A DNA stretch of 61,763 nucleotides from an uncultured Clostridia bacterium (GTDB lineage Bacteria > Bacillota > Clostridia > Christensenellales > UBA1242): contig CANQEP010000002.1 of the NCBI GenBank assembly GCA_947595235.1, forward strand, positions 1-61,763, written 5' to 3'. How positions within the stretch are numbered: the stretch's first letter is position 1; the number at the start of each line of letters is the position of its first letter. The translations under genes and the position numbers were made by a program. This document shows positions 29,466 to 43,300 of this stretch, piece by piece. The notes below the pieces were generated by a model that saw only the letters and a list, made by a program, of their open reading frames with translations, was not told where the DNA came from and did not search any database.

Positions 29466-31354
29466 CTTGTCACCCTATTTTTTATACAAACTATAACAAT
29501 CAGCAAAATGACGTTGATGGCAATTAGCAAAATTCCAATCATTTGCACCATATTCCAAGAGTCTGCCTCAAGGTTATAGGTGTAGATGTAGCCCTCAATC
29601 TCGTTGCCCTCTTGGTCGTTGAACTTGACGTGGGTGAGGTTAGAGATTGTGTCGCGCTTGCCAATAACTTTCACCCTATGGTTTTTGTTAAGCGTCATGA
29701 TAACGTCGCTTGTGCTGTCCTTTTCAACAAAAATTTGGCTGTTATCTTTCATGACAGTCGCGTTTGGAATAATGCGGTCGGTTATTGAAGTGGTATTTCT
29801 CACCATGTCGCGGTCAATGTATCCAACTTGACTGCCGTCTTCGTTGATGCCCACTCTGAAGAACTTAACCTCGCGATTGCCACTTGTAAAGGAGTAGTCA
29901 AAGACAGTGCTCAAAATTTTTAGCCTTGTTGAAGAAGGTGAGGTGATTCGCGCAACAATGGTGTTTTTTATGCCAGCGTCTGCCTCTTCGACGGGGTCAA
30001 GATTGGTTGATGGCAATGAGTAGACAATTGTGTTTGGCTGAACGGTGATGTATGTTTGGTCGGTGGTGGTGTCCTCAAGGTCGCGAAGAGGGAAGTTGAA
30101 AACGTAGCCATAATAGTTGCTCGTTCCACTTGAGTACATGCAATAGTCCCAGCCGTGAACTGCCTCGCCCGTGCTTTGGTACTTGCCATAGCCAATAATG
30201 GCAAGGTCTGAGTCTGCAGTAATTGTTGCAACAACGTCGCTCGGCTCACTTGGATTGCCAAATGGAGTTTTTAGCATGGTTATTTCTTCACTTGTATGGC
30301 GATAGTCGAAACTCTCTTCGCCGTTTATAACAAGTTCAATTGCCTCGTTGACCTTTGTTTGACAAGTTGGTTCATCTCCCGAAAGAATATAGTATTTTAG
30401 CGCCTTCATTTCTTTTGAAACAAGCCCGATGATTGAGTCCGCGCCCGAAATATCAACCAAATTGAAATCGTCGTCAAGGGCTATTTTTTTGCTCGCATCT
30501 TCAGTTATTGATTGATTTGAAACAATATTATAAAACATTATGTTCTTGTTGGTTGAAAGGGCAAGGCAAGGAGAAGGGTAGTTGACCATGCTAAGTGACA
30601 AGATTGTTTCGCCCGCTTCAAATGCTGGTATACCTCCAACGCTGATTGCTTGACCAACGCTTGAAAGGTCGCCAGTCGGGTCAAGGCTTATTGAAACTAT
30701 GGACGACGAATTCGCAAAAAAGACGGCAATTTTTTCGTCAACAACTGCCACTTGAGAGGCTGTATAGTTACTTATTGGGGCGCTTTGTGGGGTGAAACTC
30801 TTATAGTCAGAAAGAGTTATTTCGCTCTCGTCTTCGCTCTTTGTGAGTTTTGCAATTTCAAACGTGCCTTCTTGTATGTTTTCAGGGCAGAGGAGAAGAT
30901 AACTAACACCATTTAGAGCCACTACATGAAGGGACTTGCAACTTTCAAGCGTTGTTAGGCTTGAAAAGTTAAAGTCAAATTCTTTGAAGCCCTCTTCAGT
31001 GCGCTCCCTTGCAATTATTGAGGCGTCCTCTTTTGAAAAGATGAGCATAATGTTTTCAAAGAACAAGATGTCGTCGGTCTTTGCCCTATAGTGGCTGTTC
31101 TCGGTGACATAGTTATTGGTCTTGCTGTCAAGAATCTTGATGGTCTCGTCTGCGCTGTCATAAACATAGAGAAGATCGCCGTGGACTCTGACAAGACTTG
31201 GCGTAACAAAGAAAAGACTGATGTCGTCGGTGCTGGCACTTGACAGCGCAGCATAGTTTTCTAAGGGTTTGCCCCTTAGAAAACTTAGCATTGCCGTTGC
31301 CAGCATGGATGCTACCAAAAATGTCATAACGAAGATTTTTTTGAGTTTTTTCAT
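29462..31354 (-). CDS. Secreted/membrane-anchored protein: N-terminal signal, beta-rich region, SH3b-like modules, C-terminal TM
   Basis: ATG at 31354 (MKKLKKIFVMTFLVASMLATAML), 11 nt after the giant-gene stop, with an AAAGGA RBS. The SH3b-like stretches end in ...VGYIDRDMV and ...EIEGYIYTYNLE. The C-terminal helix is MVQMIGILLIAINVILLIVIVCI. The extension to 31444 in the ORF track overlaps the giant gene. Confidence 0.7.
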   Translation of the reverse strand: MKKLKKIFVMTFLVASMLATAMLSFLRGKPLENYAALSSASTDDISLFFVTPSLVRVHGDLLYVYDSADETIKILDSKTNNYVTENSHYRAKTDDILFFENIMLIFSKEDASIIARERTEEGFKEFDFNFSSLTTLESCKSLHVVALNGVSYLLLCPENIQEGTFEIAKLTKSEDESEITLSDYKSFTPQSAPISNYTASQVAVVDEKIAVFFANSSSIVSISLDPTGDLSSVGQAISVGGIPAFEAGETILSLSMVNYPSPCLALSTNKNIMFYNIVSNQSITEDASKKIALDDDFNLVDISGADSIIGLVSKEMKALKYYILSGDEPTCQTKVNEAIELVINGEESFDYRHTSEEITMLKTPFGNPSEPSDVVATITADSDLAIIGYGKYQSTGEAVHGWDYCMYSSGTSNYYGYVFNFPLRDLEDTTTDQTYITVQPNTIVYSLPSTNLDPVEEADAGIKNTIVARITSPSSTRLKILSTVFDYSFTSGNREVKFFRVGINEDGSQVGYIDRDMVRNTTSITDRIIPNATVMKDNSQIFVEKDSTSDVIMTLNKNHRVKVIGKRDTISNLTHVKFNDQEGNEIEGYIYTYNLEADSWNMVQMIGILLIAINVILLIVIVCIKNRVTR

Positions 31355-31365
31355 AGATTTATCCT

Positions 31366-34300
31366 TTAGAAGTTGATGTTGGTTAGCACTGTAAACAGCG
31401 TTGAATCGTCTGTTACCATCTGTACTATGCAGTCCACAATGCATATGACAGTTGCAGCAATAAGAACAGCGCTTGCACCAAGTGTCATACCGGTGATCAT
31501 TGCAGCCAAAACGGCTGAAAGAGCGACCACCAACGCATCGGCGAGTGGGATAGGAGCATAATCCAAAATTGCAGTCATTATTGGTCCGTCATCATGATGT
31601 ATGTCAACGCTACTAATCGCCGTTGTGCCTTTTTTAAAGTCGCTTGTTGGCGGTGTGAACGAAACGTGCAACAACCTTACATATGTGCCAGCGTATTTTT
31701 CTCTTCCATTGAACATACCAACAACGAAGTTTCTTACATCTTTTGTCCAATGGACATCTCTTTCTGGAGCACGGTTTACATTTTCAGGGTTGTTGTCATA
31801 GACACTTGTAAGAGCAGTTCCCATTTTAGATAATTTGGCATTCATTGTTGCGTGTCTGACATAGTCGTAGCCTTTGTTGGCAGTCCAAACTGGCAATTTT
31901 TTATTACCGAATAGGTATGATGTGTTTATTTGTGGGGCAGAGTGCTCTTGCAAAACACATTCAGAAATAACAAGGTCATCGGCGTTGGCAAAGTCACCAT
32001 ACATTGTTGGAGCAATACCTTTTTTATAGTAAGCAAATGTGTTGACAATATACTTAACTCTAAAGAAATTCGTTATTTGTTCTTTAGCATTATCATAACC
32101 GCCAACGGCTTCAACCCAATTTACTCCCTTTAACTGCATATATCTTTGGACTAAGACTGTAATTACTTTAGAAGTATTGCTCCAATTACCAACAGGAATG
32201 CAACTATAATACTCACTAAGTAATCCATAGAATATTTTAAATAAGTCTATATTCAAATTTGCAATAGCCCTTGCCGTTTCGTCGCCATCCCAATCAAGCA
32301 AGTTTCCACTATTTGATTTTTCCTCTTCATCGGAGGCTTTAACAAATTTAGCATTAAAGTTTATACTAGCCGAAGTGCCAACATTGCCAGTGTTTGCCAC
32401 ATTATAAACTTCGCCTCGTTCACCCGAATCTCCGGCGGCAAGTGACAACAAGTAAATTTGTGCATAACCGGCAGCTGCTCTAATTGATTCATTTGTGTCA
32501 TGTTCAGAAAGCCATTCCAAAATATTTATTAGGTATTGTCCATTTTGGATGACCGCAACGTAGTATGCTTGAATCTCTTCATCGTGTTCGTGAACATCTG
32601 ATTGAGCATTCTTATTTTTACAAACAGATGCAGTTATATCTTCTATGCTGCTTACTGAACTACGACCGTTGCCACTTAATTTTATATGTTGTGTTTTTCT
32701 TCCAGTTGATATTGACACTTCTGAGTCAATTGCCATGGCAAGTTTTTCCCATTTTATAACAACAGTAACATCAAGGTTGCCAAGGTCAAGGTCTGGGTTG
32801 CTGAGGTCAACATTGTCGTAGAGTCCAAGGTGGAAACCAGTGAAGTCTGTGCTGTTAAATTGCTTGTCGCTTTGAGTTGTTGGAATATAACCTTCTGGTG
32901 CGATACCCATTGGAATAATTGCTCCATCTGTCAGCGCGGTACCGCCACGGCCTTCGTTCTGGGTTATTCTGACTGATGGGAATCCACTTGAAGTTGCAGT
33001 GACCTTTATTTTTATTTGAACCACTCCTGTGTTTGGGTCAATAACAATTCTTGGAATATTCGAACTATCAAATTCTTTATTTTCGGTTTCTCCATGGATT
33101 CTTACTGTAAATAGACCCTCCATCAGCCTAATTCCAGTATCTGCAAACTCAATATAGTTATAGATATTGTCAAGTTTTGGAGTGCTTCCATTCATTTCAT
33201 ATTGGTTGCTATCAAAACCACTTGTATAAAGTTGATCAACGCCCGACCTGTCAGTTGACCTTTTGATTTGACTCATGTCGGTTGTTTTATAGAACGCCAT
33301 GAGACCTTCATCGTTGTTTGACCAATTTCCGCTGTAAGGGTAGTTCAAATAATTCGATGCTCCGCTTGGGTTCTTGTAATTTGTTTCTGTTATTATGTTT
33401 AATACAACTGCATCTGCACTTGATGATTTATTGATCACATATGTGAGTTTCCCGTTTTGTTTGCTATAGAGAGGGCTGACCAAACTTCTTGGCACTCTTG
33501 TTGGATATGCATATGATGTGTCACCATTTTCGCCAGTGCCAATTATAGAGTTACCCTTGTAGTCATTCATAACATAGACATATGGGTCGTTTTCTTTAAT
33601 TTCTACTTTTGTTGTGGTTGTTGCGCCATTTCTGTCATTAGATGCCAAAGTTGTGGCGTATTCGTATGTTCCGGCAGATGGGTTCTTCCAGCCTGGGGAC
33701 ATTCTTATGTAGTCGGCGTAGGTGAGGTAAGAGTCAGATATGGATTCAGATACTTGGTTATTATTCAAATCTCCAAATCCATAATTAGAATCTGCATAGA
33801 CATGGACGCCCAATATTTCTGCAAGGTTGATTGTTATTTCATATGACAGAGCGGCATAGTAAACACAAAGTTCAACATCATTATAGACATTGTAAAGGTA
33901 GATGTAACTTGACATCGCTGTGATAGGGAAGCCGTCCATTTCTTTTGTTTCTTCGTTATAGAAACTCATTATGTTTGGAGAGAGCTCGTCATATTTCAAA
34001 GGACGGGCATCTGAAGTGAATGCGCTGGTTGGCTGGTCTTCGGCTGTTGCAAATGCTTTGAAGCGATCATCTTCGTCAAACGAGTTGATGTACTCTTTTG
34101 ACGTTGCCCAACCGGCAAGTTGAATGTATGGGAAGTTGATGTTTTGGATCTTTCCGTCAACACCTTGTTGAATGAGAAGTGAGCCCTTGAACTTTGACGA
34201 AACAACTTCATTTGTTGTCATCTTTGATTTGCTTCTGTCCGCCTCGTTGAAGATGTCTGGGTGCTCTGCATCGTCGATAAATTCGTAACTCTTTATGGTT

Positions 34301-37300
34301 ACAATATATGGTCTTGCCTCGTAGTGAGCATAAATCTCGACACTGCCATAAAGTTGCAGGTCGGCAAAGGCGTATCGCTTTGAATCAATAATCTCATAAC
34401 GCGAAGCCCTTAGCACGGTGTAGGTGCTAAGAGAAGAGTTCATCTTTGCGCCACCAAACTCCAAGATGTTCAAGGTTGTGTGGTATAGTGAGTCGGCAAT
34501 AACAAAGCCTTGGAAGTAATAACCCTCTGGAATTTCTGCCCTCAATGAGATTTTTTCGCCCGCCTTGAATGAAAGGTTCTCTTCAAGTTTGGCGTAACTT
34601 GTAACAAGAGATTCTCCGGTGCTGTCGTATTTTGCATAATAGATATTGTCTTTTGTGAAGCGATTGTCGGTTATTTCTGGGAACGCGTTCTTAATGTAGT
34701 TTTCAAGGTCGGTATTGCTGTCGCCCGAAGGGTCATCTTGTTCAACATACTCTTTTCTTAAACGCCTTGACGATGCAACCAATGTGAGTTTTGGAACAAT
34801 GACAAATCTGAATGTCATTTCACCAAATATTCCCTTGGTGGAAGCATCCACCATCGCAGAGTAGAAGGTTGAGAAGGCAATGTTAATGTCGTTTTGACCA
34901 GAAGAGGTGTTATAGGTTCCGCGGTCAGTATAGAATCGGCTGGTGTATGAACTTGTTGACTGACCTTGCTTTAAGTTGACTTTGACAGTTGTGTTTTCTT
35001 CGGTGAAGTCCAAGGTGAAGCCGTCACCCTTTTTGTTGTCTCTTGACGACGACCTTATCGAAATTGATGCGTCGTCACCATGAGAAGAGTCAAGAGTGCC
35101 CGGTGTGTAGAGCACGGCAACTGGATATCTTCGGTTGAATGAAACACAATTGAAGCAGTCGGCAAGAATAGAAAGGTTCTTTGATGCCGTGAAACTTATT
35201 GACGTAAGGTCGCCTCTTTCAACAAGGTGGTTGAACACTTGAATAATAGGAGAGAACTTGCCGTCTAGGGCGTCTGCCCACCACTGACGAACATCTCCGC
35301 CCGCTTTCGCGTCATCAGTTGGCAAATTGTTGTCTCCAAAGGTTCTTCCAGCAAACAAATCACTGAGCATAACCTCGTCTGAACCAAGAAGAAGCACTGA
35401 ACCTCCAGTGTAATCGTTAAGGTCAATTCTGGCAGTTATTGAAGTGCCTTCTTCTGCCTTGTAACTTATGAGCGCGTTATTAAATGTGTGGTAATTAGAC
35501 GATGAAGCAATAGGTATGTACTCAACACTTTGAGTTGCGCCGTCACTCGAAATGCGAGTTAGACTCAAAACAATCTCGAACACGTCATTTTTGTTGTAGG
35601 CAAACTCAATCAAATAGAGGTTGACAGCGCTTGCGGTGATAACATCACCACTGAGCATATTTCTAAGGTTAATCTCAACTTCTGGGTTATAAATTGAGCC
35701 GAGAATTTCGCCATTTGCGTTGGTGTATTGCTTGAACCTCAAATAAACGTCGTTAATCTTGTTGCCAGTGCCCGCAGAAATGGTCTTTTCATAGAATCTG
35801 TCAACTCCCACGATTTCAAGAAGTGGGTCGGTTGTGTCTGACGAGAGACTAAAGTCCACTGCAGTAACTTTGAAAGTCGCTGATGCGTCGCAAAGGCTAA
35901 GAGGGTATGAGATAACAAGTTTGTTTCCGTCAAGTTTATATGAAAGGTAGCCAACATTAGTTGAAGTGCTGAATGCTTTGTAGGTCTGGATGTTTGCTGT
36001 TGGGGTTAATGTGGCACCGTCAATGCTGAGTGTGAAACTTGGAGAAACATATGATGCCTCAAAGACTACCTCTTTTACAATTTCTTCAAATACCGCATAG
36101 ATGATGATGTTGCCGTCGGTGTCGCGACTGAACGTGCTTCTTGATGGGTTAAAGTCGTCAAAGGTGAATGCGTAGTTTGAACTCTCGGTAACAAGTCTGC
36201 CACCCAAAGCGTATGAATCGGTGTAGTAGCCGATGAACTTGTAGTAATTGTTGGTGTCTTGTGCATAGATTGGGGTGGCAAGCGCGGTTTGATAGTTGAA
36301 TGCATCCATACCAGTTATTTTTCCAACCACAAGCCCCGATGCTCCAAGAGTGACAGTAAGGCCGTCTTTTGGAGCGTTATACAAAAGTTGTCCGTTTTCG
36401 GTCTTGTTGATGCCCTCAACATAGACTTTGACTTTGCCCTCGCTCTGCCTGTTGAGATGGATAGTTGCCTCAATAATACCAGTAAGGTCAATATCGTCTT
36501 CGGTAATAATGTTGCCCTCGAAGGTGAATGTGGAAGCACCATACTCATAAATGCTGGCAAACGAAGCATTTTGACTTATTATATAGTCAATAAATGCTTT
36601 CAATGAACTTAGATTTATGACTGAATCAAAGTAATAGAACATATTACTTGTTGAACTGTCGCCAATTTGCAAGTTGATTTTTACAACTGGGACATAGGTA
36701 ACATATATAGCAATATCCTTTCTTAGGCTCATTGTTATTTTTGCAGAAGTCAAGATGGTTCTTGAAAGGTCATCGCTCGCTGGTGAAGTTGTGTTGTTTC
36801 TGTCAATTGAAAGACTGCTAAGGAGAGCGCCATACTCACCGGCAGAAGCGGTCAACAAGTCAACTCCCAACGAAGGAATGTCGTCAAGAGAAGTAACACT
36901 ATTTATATCAAGAGCATAGACTTTGTCGATGACAAATCCATCATGTGCGTGGATATCAAAGACGTAGTTACTCAAATTCCTCTCAACCTTAACTTCGCCC
37001 TTTGAGTCGTCGTTTCCAACAAGTGTAGCGGTGTAGAGCGTGCTAAACCTTGCAGTGATGTATAGGGATGATGAAGACCTTGTTGTGTAGTAGTAGGTGT
37101 AAACAACATCTTTCGATATATAGGTTGAGTTGTTAACAATGCGATACTCAATAAATTCTGTGTTTTTGTCAAGGTCAAAACTTAGGGTTATCTTTGAGCC
37201 CGTTTTAACGTATTCAACATGGTCGTTGTTTTCCTCTGAAACTTCAAATTGCTTGTAGTTGCCAAGTTCGTCAAGGATGGTAACATAAAGAACACTGCCC

Positions 37301-40300
37301 GCGCCGTTTTCAACCGAGAATGTTGCTCTTGCGGTCTCTTCGATGTTGTTTATGTTAAGTTGAGATGCGCTTGAGGTTGAAGAAGAAACACTGGCATTGC
37401 TATTTATGACATTGTTAACAACATTGACGTTGGTTATAATTCCATATTTGTCAACTTGCACGTTATTTGAAACATCACCTGTCACAGAACCAATGTTGTT
37501 GGTTGAAGGACTAATGTTGTAGCCATAGAAAGCGTACAAAGTTGAATTAACTTGTGCACCTGCAAGGGTGGTCAATGTGCCATTCGAAGTTCCAAGACCG
37601 CCATATGCCGTGTCGGCACTATATGCAAGGTTGACCTCGTTATATGAACCAACAACGCCCACTCTATTGAAGTTGTTGGTGACTTTGACAATCTTAACAA
37701 ATCTTGCAATTAGGCTTGGGTAAACACCTGTGTATTTGCTAAGGTTAGCATTGTAGGAGTTGGTAATTTTAAGATAGCCAAGGCTACTGTCGCTGAGTTT
37801 TGTGTAGTAACCTATGAACAAGTAGTCGTCACCATTATATGATGTTACTTGGTTAACAACTGAGCCGGCAAAGGCGGAGAGAACAGTGGTTGTTGTTCCA
37901 TTAAAGAACTCATACGACCTTTCGGTTGAAACGGTGTAGTTGTTTTGGTCATCTTCAGGAACGAACTTCGCGATAAGAGATAAATTGCCGTTAACGTTAA
38001 ACTCCATGCTACTGTTATAGGCAACAGCAAAGTCAGAAGTTGCAACGCTTGTTCCGTCATAGACATACCAGCCGTCAAACACATAGGTTATTCCGTCACT
38101 TGCCGTGAACCTTGTTCGACTGTTATATCCAATGCTAAGAGTCACATTGTTTCCAACTTGAAGGCTACTATAATTCAAATACATTGAGTTTGCCGTGCTA
38201 AATGTACGTGTGTTGCCTCCTATATTCACAGAGAACGAACTTGGGTTAAGGCCGAGTTTGTTCTTTATCTCGTTGGCGTCACTAGTTCCAGCAACTGCAA
38301 CCCTAAGACTAAGAGTTACGTTTTTGACAAACTTAACCTCGATATCAAGGCTTGTTGTGCCGTTTGGAATATTAAATACGACATTTCTTGAAGATGTGAC
38401 ATAACTGCCGTTAGCATAAACGCCCATAAGAGTGTAGCCACTTATTACATTGACAGTGAACGAGATTGAAGATTGACCCTTCACAAATGAATATTGTTGA
38501 TTTGAAAGGTAACCACCTCTGCTTGTTGATGCGCCCTCGCCATCTAGGGTGGTGACGGTGTAGTTGATAGGGTAGACTCTTTCAAATGAAGCGGTAACAT
38601 GAACGCTTTCGCCCGAATTGATAATAATTGTGCAAACGGTGCCATAACTATTTGAGTTGACCGTTCCGGTCCTTTTAACGCCGTCAACGGTTATTGTGAA
38701 GCCCTTGAAAGAATATCCGTCAATGTTGTCCACAACAAGAATGAGCCTCTTTGAGGTGTCAAGTCTTCTTCCGCTAAACGATGTTTGGTTCTCGTCAAGC
38801 ACGATTTGCTCGAACCTGTTGATGACTTGACCATCGTTTTCTTCAATAAATGTGCCAAGGATGTTGAATTTCATGCCCGACTGAACACTTTCGCCAGCGC
38901 CTTCAACAACAATCTCGCCCTCAAGCGAAGCCGACGAAGAGAAGACAATGGTGTAGTTGATATTTTTGTTGTCAACAAGTTGAATTGTTGCCGTGTCATT
39001 TCGTGAGTAGAGCGCGCCATTTTCATAGATGCCGTGATATGTGTAGCCGTTTGGAGTGGTTACTGTTATTGTGAGAACGTCGCCCCTAATAAGTTGAATT
39101 TTTGCTTGACTAGAAACTGAGCCACTCGCTTTCACAAGTCCAGTATCAGATGAAGAAATTTCATAGTTGACGTCAAGTTCGCTAGCATCTGTTAAAGTGC
39201 CGTTGAGCACTTTTGAAAGTGTTATAAATGAGGCAGGAAGGAAGATTGCTTTTATGTCGATACTTGAAGCGTTGTTGAATGTTAACGTCTGTTTTAGGCC
39301 GTCATTCACAACATTTGTGGTTATGGATTTTGCAGTTGTGTTGAGGCTGGAAACATAGTATCTGTCGGACACAATATTAGATATCCAAACCTCAAAGGTT
39401 ATGCTTGTGTCTCTCTTTGCCAAGATGCCTTCAACCGAGAGTTTGCTACCAAGCGAAACGCTCCTTTGCGCGCCATAGATATCGGTGTAGGTCAACTTTA
39501 TGTCAAAGAATGACTTAAACAGGTCACTAAGAACGCCGTTATATGCGTATGTTCCAATGTCTTCATCAGTTGCCGTTATTTCTTTGCTTATGCTAATGAC
39601 GGTTGACGAAGTGTAGATTGCAGCAATCTTAACATAACCGCCCCTTGAACTGTCAATGGCTTGTCGAAGGTCTGTTAAAACGCCCAAAACTGCCTCTTTG
39701 CTGTTTGAAATGTGCTTGACAATGCTGTTTGAAGTGTCAACAACGCTCCACTCAACAAAGGAGTATGGATTGCTCTCGGCGGTGTCTGGCCTTGTCTCTT
39801 TCAAGGTGACTTGAGTTCCGGCTGGAATAGAGATGAACGACGACATTCCAGTTGAATAAGAGTAAACAGCGTTGTTGCCCGTTCTTAGGTCAAGGTAGGA
39901 AAGTTCAGCCATGAAGTTAGAGATATAGGAGTTCGTTTCGCTTATGACGCTTGAAACGTTAACAGTGACATATGGCACAAATCTTGCCTCGATAATGAGG
40001 TTGCTGTTAACTTCCTCAGAATATTCCGTGCCGTAAACAACGCGGTCATTGACGTCGACAGTTGAAACAATATTTCCGTTTATGAAGAAACCAACAAAGT
40101 AGTAGATAGTGCTGTTGATTGCAGAGAACAAAACAACAGTTCCATCTTGAACAACAAATTCATAGTTGGTCATCGATTTTCCGTTAACGGTGATTGCAAC
40201 ATAGTTTCCGTTTGTTAGAGTTGAGCCGTCAAGTTCCATGTTTATTGACGAGTAAAGCGTCTGGGTCAAAATGACGGTGCAACCGCGCGTGAAGTTGACA

Positions 40301-43300
40301 TAGACTTTGACATTCTTTGTCGCAACAAAACTCAAATTCCTTACGCCATCAATTTCAGTTGTGGTGAATTCCACAGGCGAGCCATTTTGGTCCTCAACTT
40401 TAAGGCTGTCCTCCAAAATGAAGTATCCATTGTTTGGAGTTGCTTGCAAGGTTATTGTTGCACCCGAAAGGGCATAGTTGAATGCATCGTGGCCGTCATC
40501 ATAGTAACCATAGACGGTGTGGGTGATGGTGCTGTCGGTTATTCCCGCATTTGGAAGATGTTGCTGAGTTACATAAGAAACACTGCCATATGTTTCGTTG
40601 ACATTTGTGTTGTCAACCTCATATGCACGAATATATTTTGCTTCATATGCGCCCGTTGCCGGTCTATACTGCAAAACTGGGTTCTTTTGAATGAACTCGG
40701 CAGTTGAAACACCCTCTTGAATGTTGAATCCAAGGCGATACCAACCAACAAAGACATAAAGTCTTCGACTAGCCCCGCTTCCTATTAAAACATACTCGCT
40801 GTTGACAGCAATTGATATGAGAGCGTCTTTGCCAAAACTTAGAACTTGCTTGTTCTTAACAACAAACGAGCCGTTTGTTGAAACTATGCTTCCGTCTTGA
40901 TAATAATCGCCACTGTAACTTAGCATTGAGTAAACATCGGCGTTGTAGCCCATTGTTCCTGCCGGATAACCTGCAATTGCAGCCGAATCAATGCTGTCGG
41001 CAAACGAGTGGGTGATAACAAGGTCTTGAGTCTCTGTAACGACCTCTGCCTTCATGTAAAAGACGCTGTTGCTCTCTTTAAGGGCAAATCTGTCGCCACC
41101 ATTATAGTTGTCAATATTAGGGTCGCCCGTGTCATAAAGGAAGGTGATTGTGAATTCATCATTCACTTCTTTACCGGTCGCGTCTTTATATATGTGTGTG
41201 TCAAAGACGTTTTTGGTAGAGCCGTCACCCTCATCGCTTGAAGAGTTTGTTGCAGTTGTGTAGCCGTTGATGTACCACTCATTGACAGAGGTGGTGCAGT
41301 ATTCGTCTTTGAATGTGACAATGACAAGTTCGCCCGAAATGTCATAGTCAAAGTAGCCGTACATATATAGCGTTGTTCCGTTGACAGCGCAAACAACGTC
41401 GTTTTGCGTGCTGTCACTATTGGTAACAAATTGTCTTGAACCACTTTCTCTGCCGTTGGTTCTTGCATATTCATGGACAGTTGAGCCATGAACAGAGTAA
41501 AGCCCAAAGTCAAAGCCCGAGAAGGTGTAGGTATAGGCCGAGCCAGTTCCATAGACATAGTTTTCTACATTGATATAAACAAGCACAATCTTTTTGAAGT
41601 TGATGTTCATTTCAACATCAGTGGTGTCGGTTGACCTAAATAGTGCCTCTTTTATTGGAAGTATCATTCTTAGCATGGCGTTGAGGCGCACGCTATAATA
41701 TGACCTTTGCACGCCATTTGGATAGGCGTCTGAGAACTCTGAATAATAGACTGCAGACGAATCTAATGCTGGATTGAAGAGAATGCCATCATTATAGGTG
41801 AGGTTATCAAAGCGATATCCTCCATTTGGAACGATTGTGAGCGGAAGTTCAGCATCAAAGTAGAAGTCTCCCTTAATTGTGACTTTTGTGCCGTCGTCTT
41901 CAACACTCAAAGCATGACCCAAACTGTCAAGACTTCCATTGAGGTCGACAGTACCTTCATCTTTGTTATAGGTCATGGTCACGTTAACCACCTTTTTGTA
42001 CACCGCAAGAATGACAGTATCGGCAGTTGCAAGCGACATATATGGAATATCAATGCTGGTGCTCATGAGGGCAAGAGGGGACCACTTGTTCGTGTCGCGG
42101 TCATACTTTTGCTCATACCAGCCGGCAAACTCGTATCTGTCGGCGTTCGGATCAGAGTTGTCAACCTCTTCTGTTCCCGAGAAAAGAACCATGGTGTTTG
42201 ATGCGAAAGGAAGGTCTGGCAAGATGGTTGTGTTTGTGTTGTCGTTGGCATATTCAAGGTTGTCAAATCGCTTATAGAACTTTATGGCAGTTGTGCCGTA
42301 GAAGTCGGTTATGCTTGTTGGGTTAAAGTATACAAATGGGTCGGTCAAAGAGATTTCTGTTGCAGAGCCAAGGAAAGTTCTTCCGTTGATGCCCGCAGAA
42401 GCATAGACGCTATTTTTGAGCGTGAACTGCTTGACTGAACTTGACTGCATGATTGCCCTTCCATTTGCGTCAATGTTGATAGTAGGAGAGGTGTCGTCCA
42501 ACGTCACGGCTTGCACTGTGTAGGTGTAGACCGGAATTGTTGACAAGTTGATAAAGTTCTGTTGTCCCGACCAAATGAGATAAGGATTTTTGAATTGTCT
42601 TAATGGAATGTCAGATTCGTTCTTAACAACATTGCCCGATTCATCAATTTTATAAATTGCTTTGAGCGCGGCAAAAATATCTTCGCTTTTGCTAAGTTTG
42701 TCGCTGTCGATATCTCCGGCATAGTCCTTGTCATAAGTGCCCGGCTTTATTGTTACATATCCAACTTTGAGGCAATCCGGGTCTTTCATGTCCTTGTTCA
42801 TGGCATCAAGCAATTCGCTGATGTTTTTGAATCTTAGGTCTTTATCATTATATTTGTCATAAATAGACTGGGTGATGACATTGTTGTCTTTCAATTGCTT
42901 CAAGAATCTGCTGGTCCTTGAGCCCGCGCCAAGACCGAGGCTGAGCCCGTCATCATGCAAAACGTAGTCAACGCCCTCATCAAAACTGTACTCCCTTGTC
43001 TCGCGGTCAACAATGTAGGTTACAAAGTAGTTGTTATAAAAGTCAAGATAATTGCCCGCAAGAATATCAAATGCCATGGATTCACCACGATTTGGATGGA
43101 CAATATAACTTGCATACTCGTTTTCTGGGTCACGGTTATAGGTTACCCTAAAGATATAGTAAACATAATCAACCTTTTCACTTTGAGGTGCGGTCTTGTT
43201 ATAGATAATGAAGTCCTCAGTTGGAGCAAAGATAGGTTCGATGGTGTAGTTTGAGTTAAGACCGAGTGAGTGAATAGTAAGGTCGGCCTCTGCCTTGACT

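Noticed and set aside
31355-31444. Upstream extension of the 630-aa ORF (track start 31444), which would overlap the end of the giant gene by 79 nt.
   Set aside because: The extension has no signal-peptide character. The ATG at 31354 has an RBS and begins a classical MKKLKK plus hydrophobic signal.
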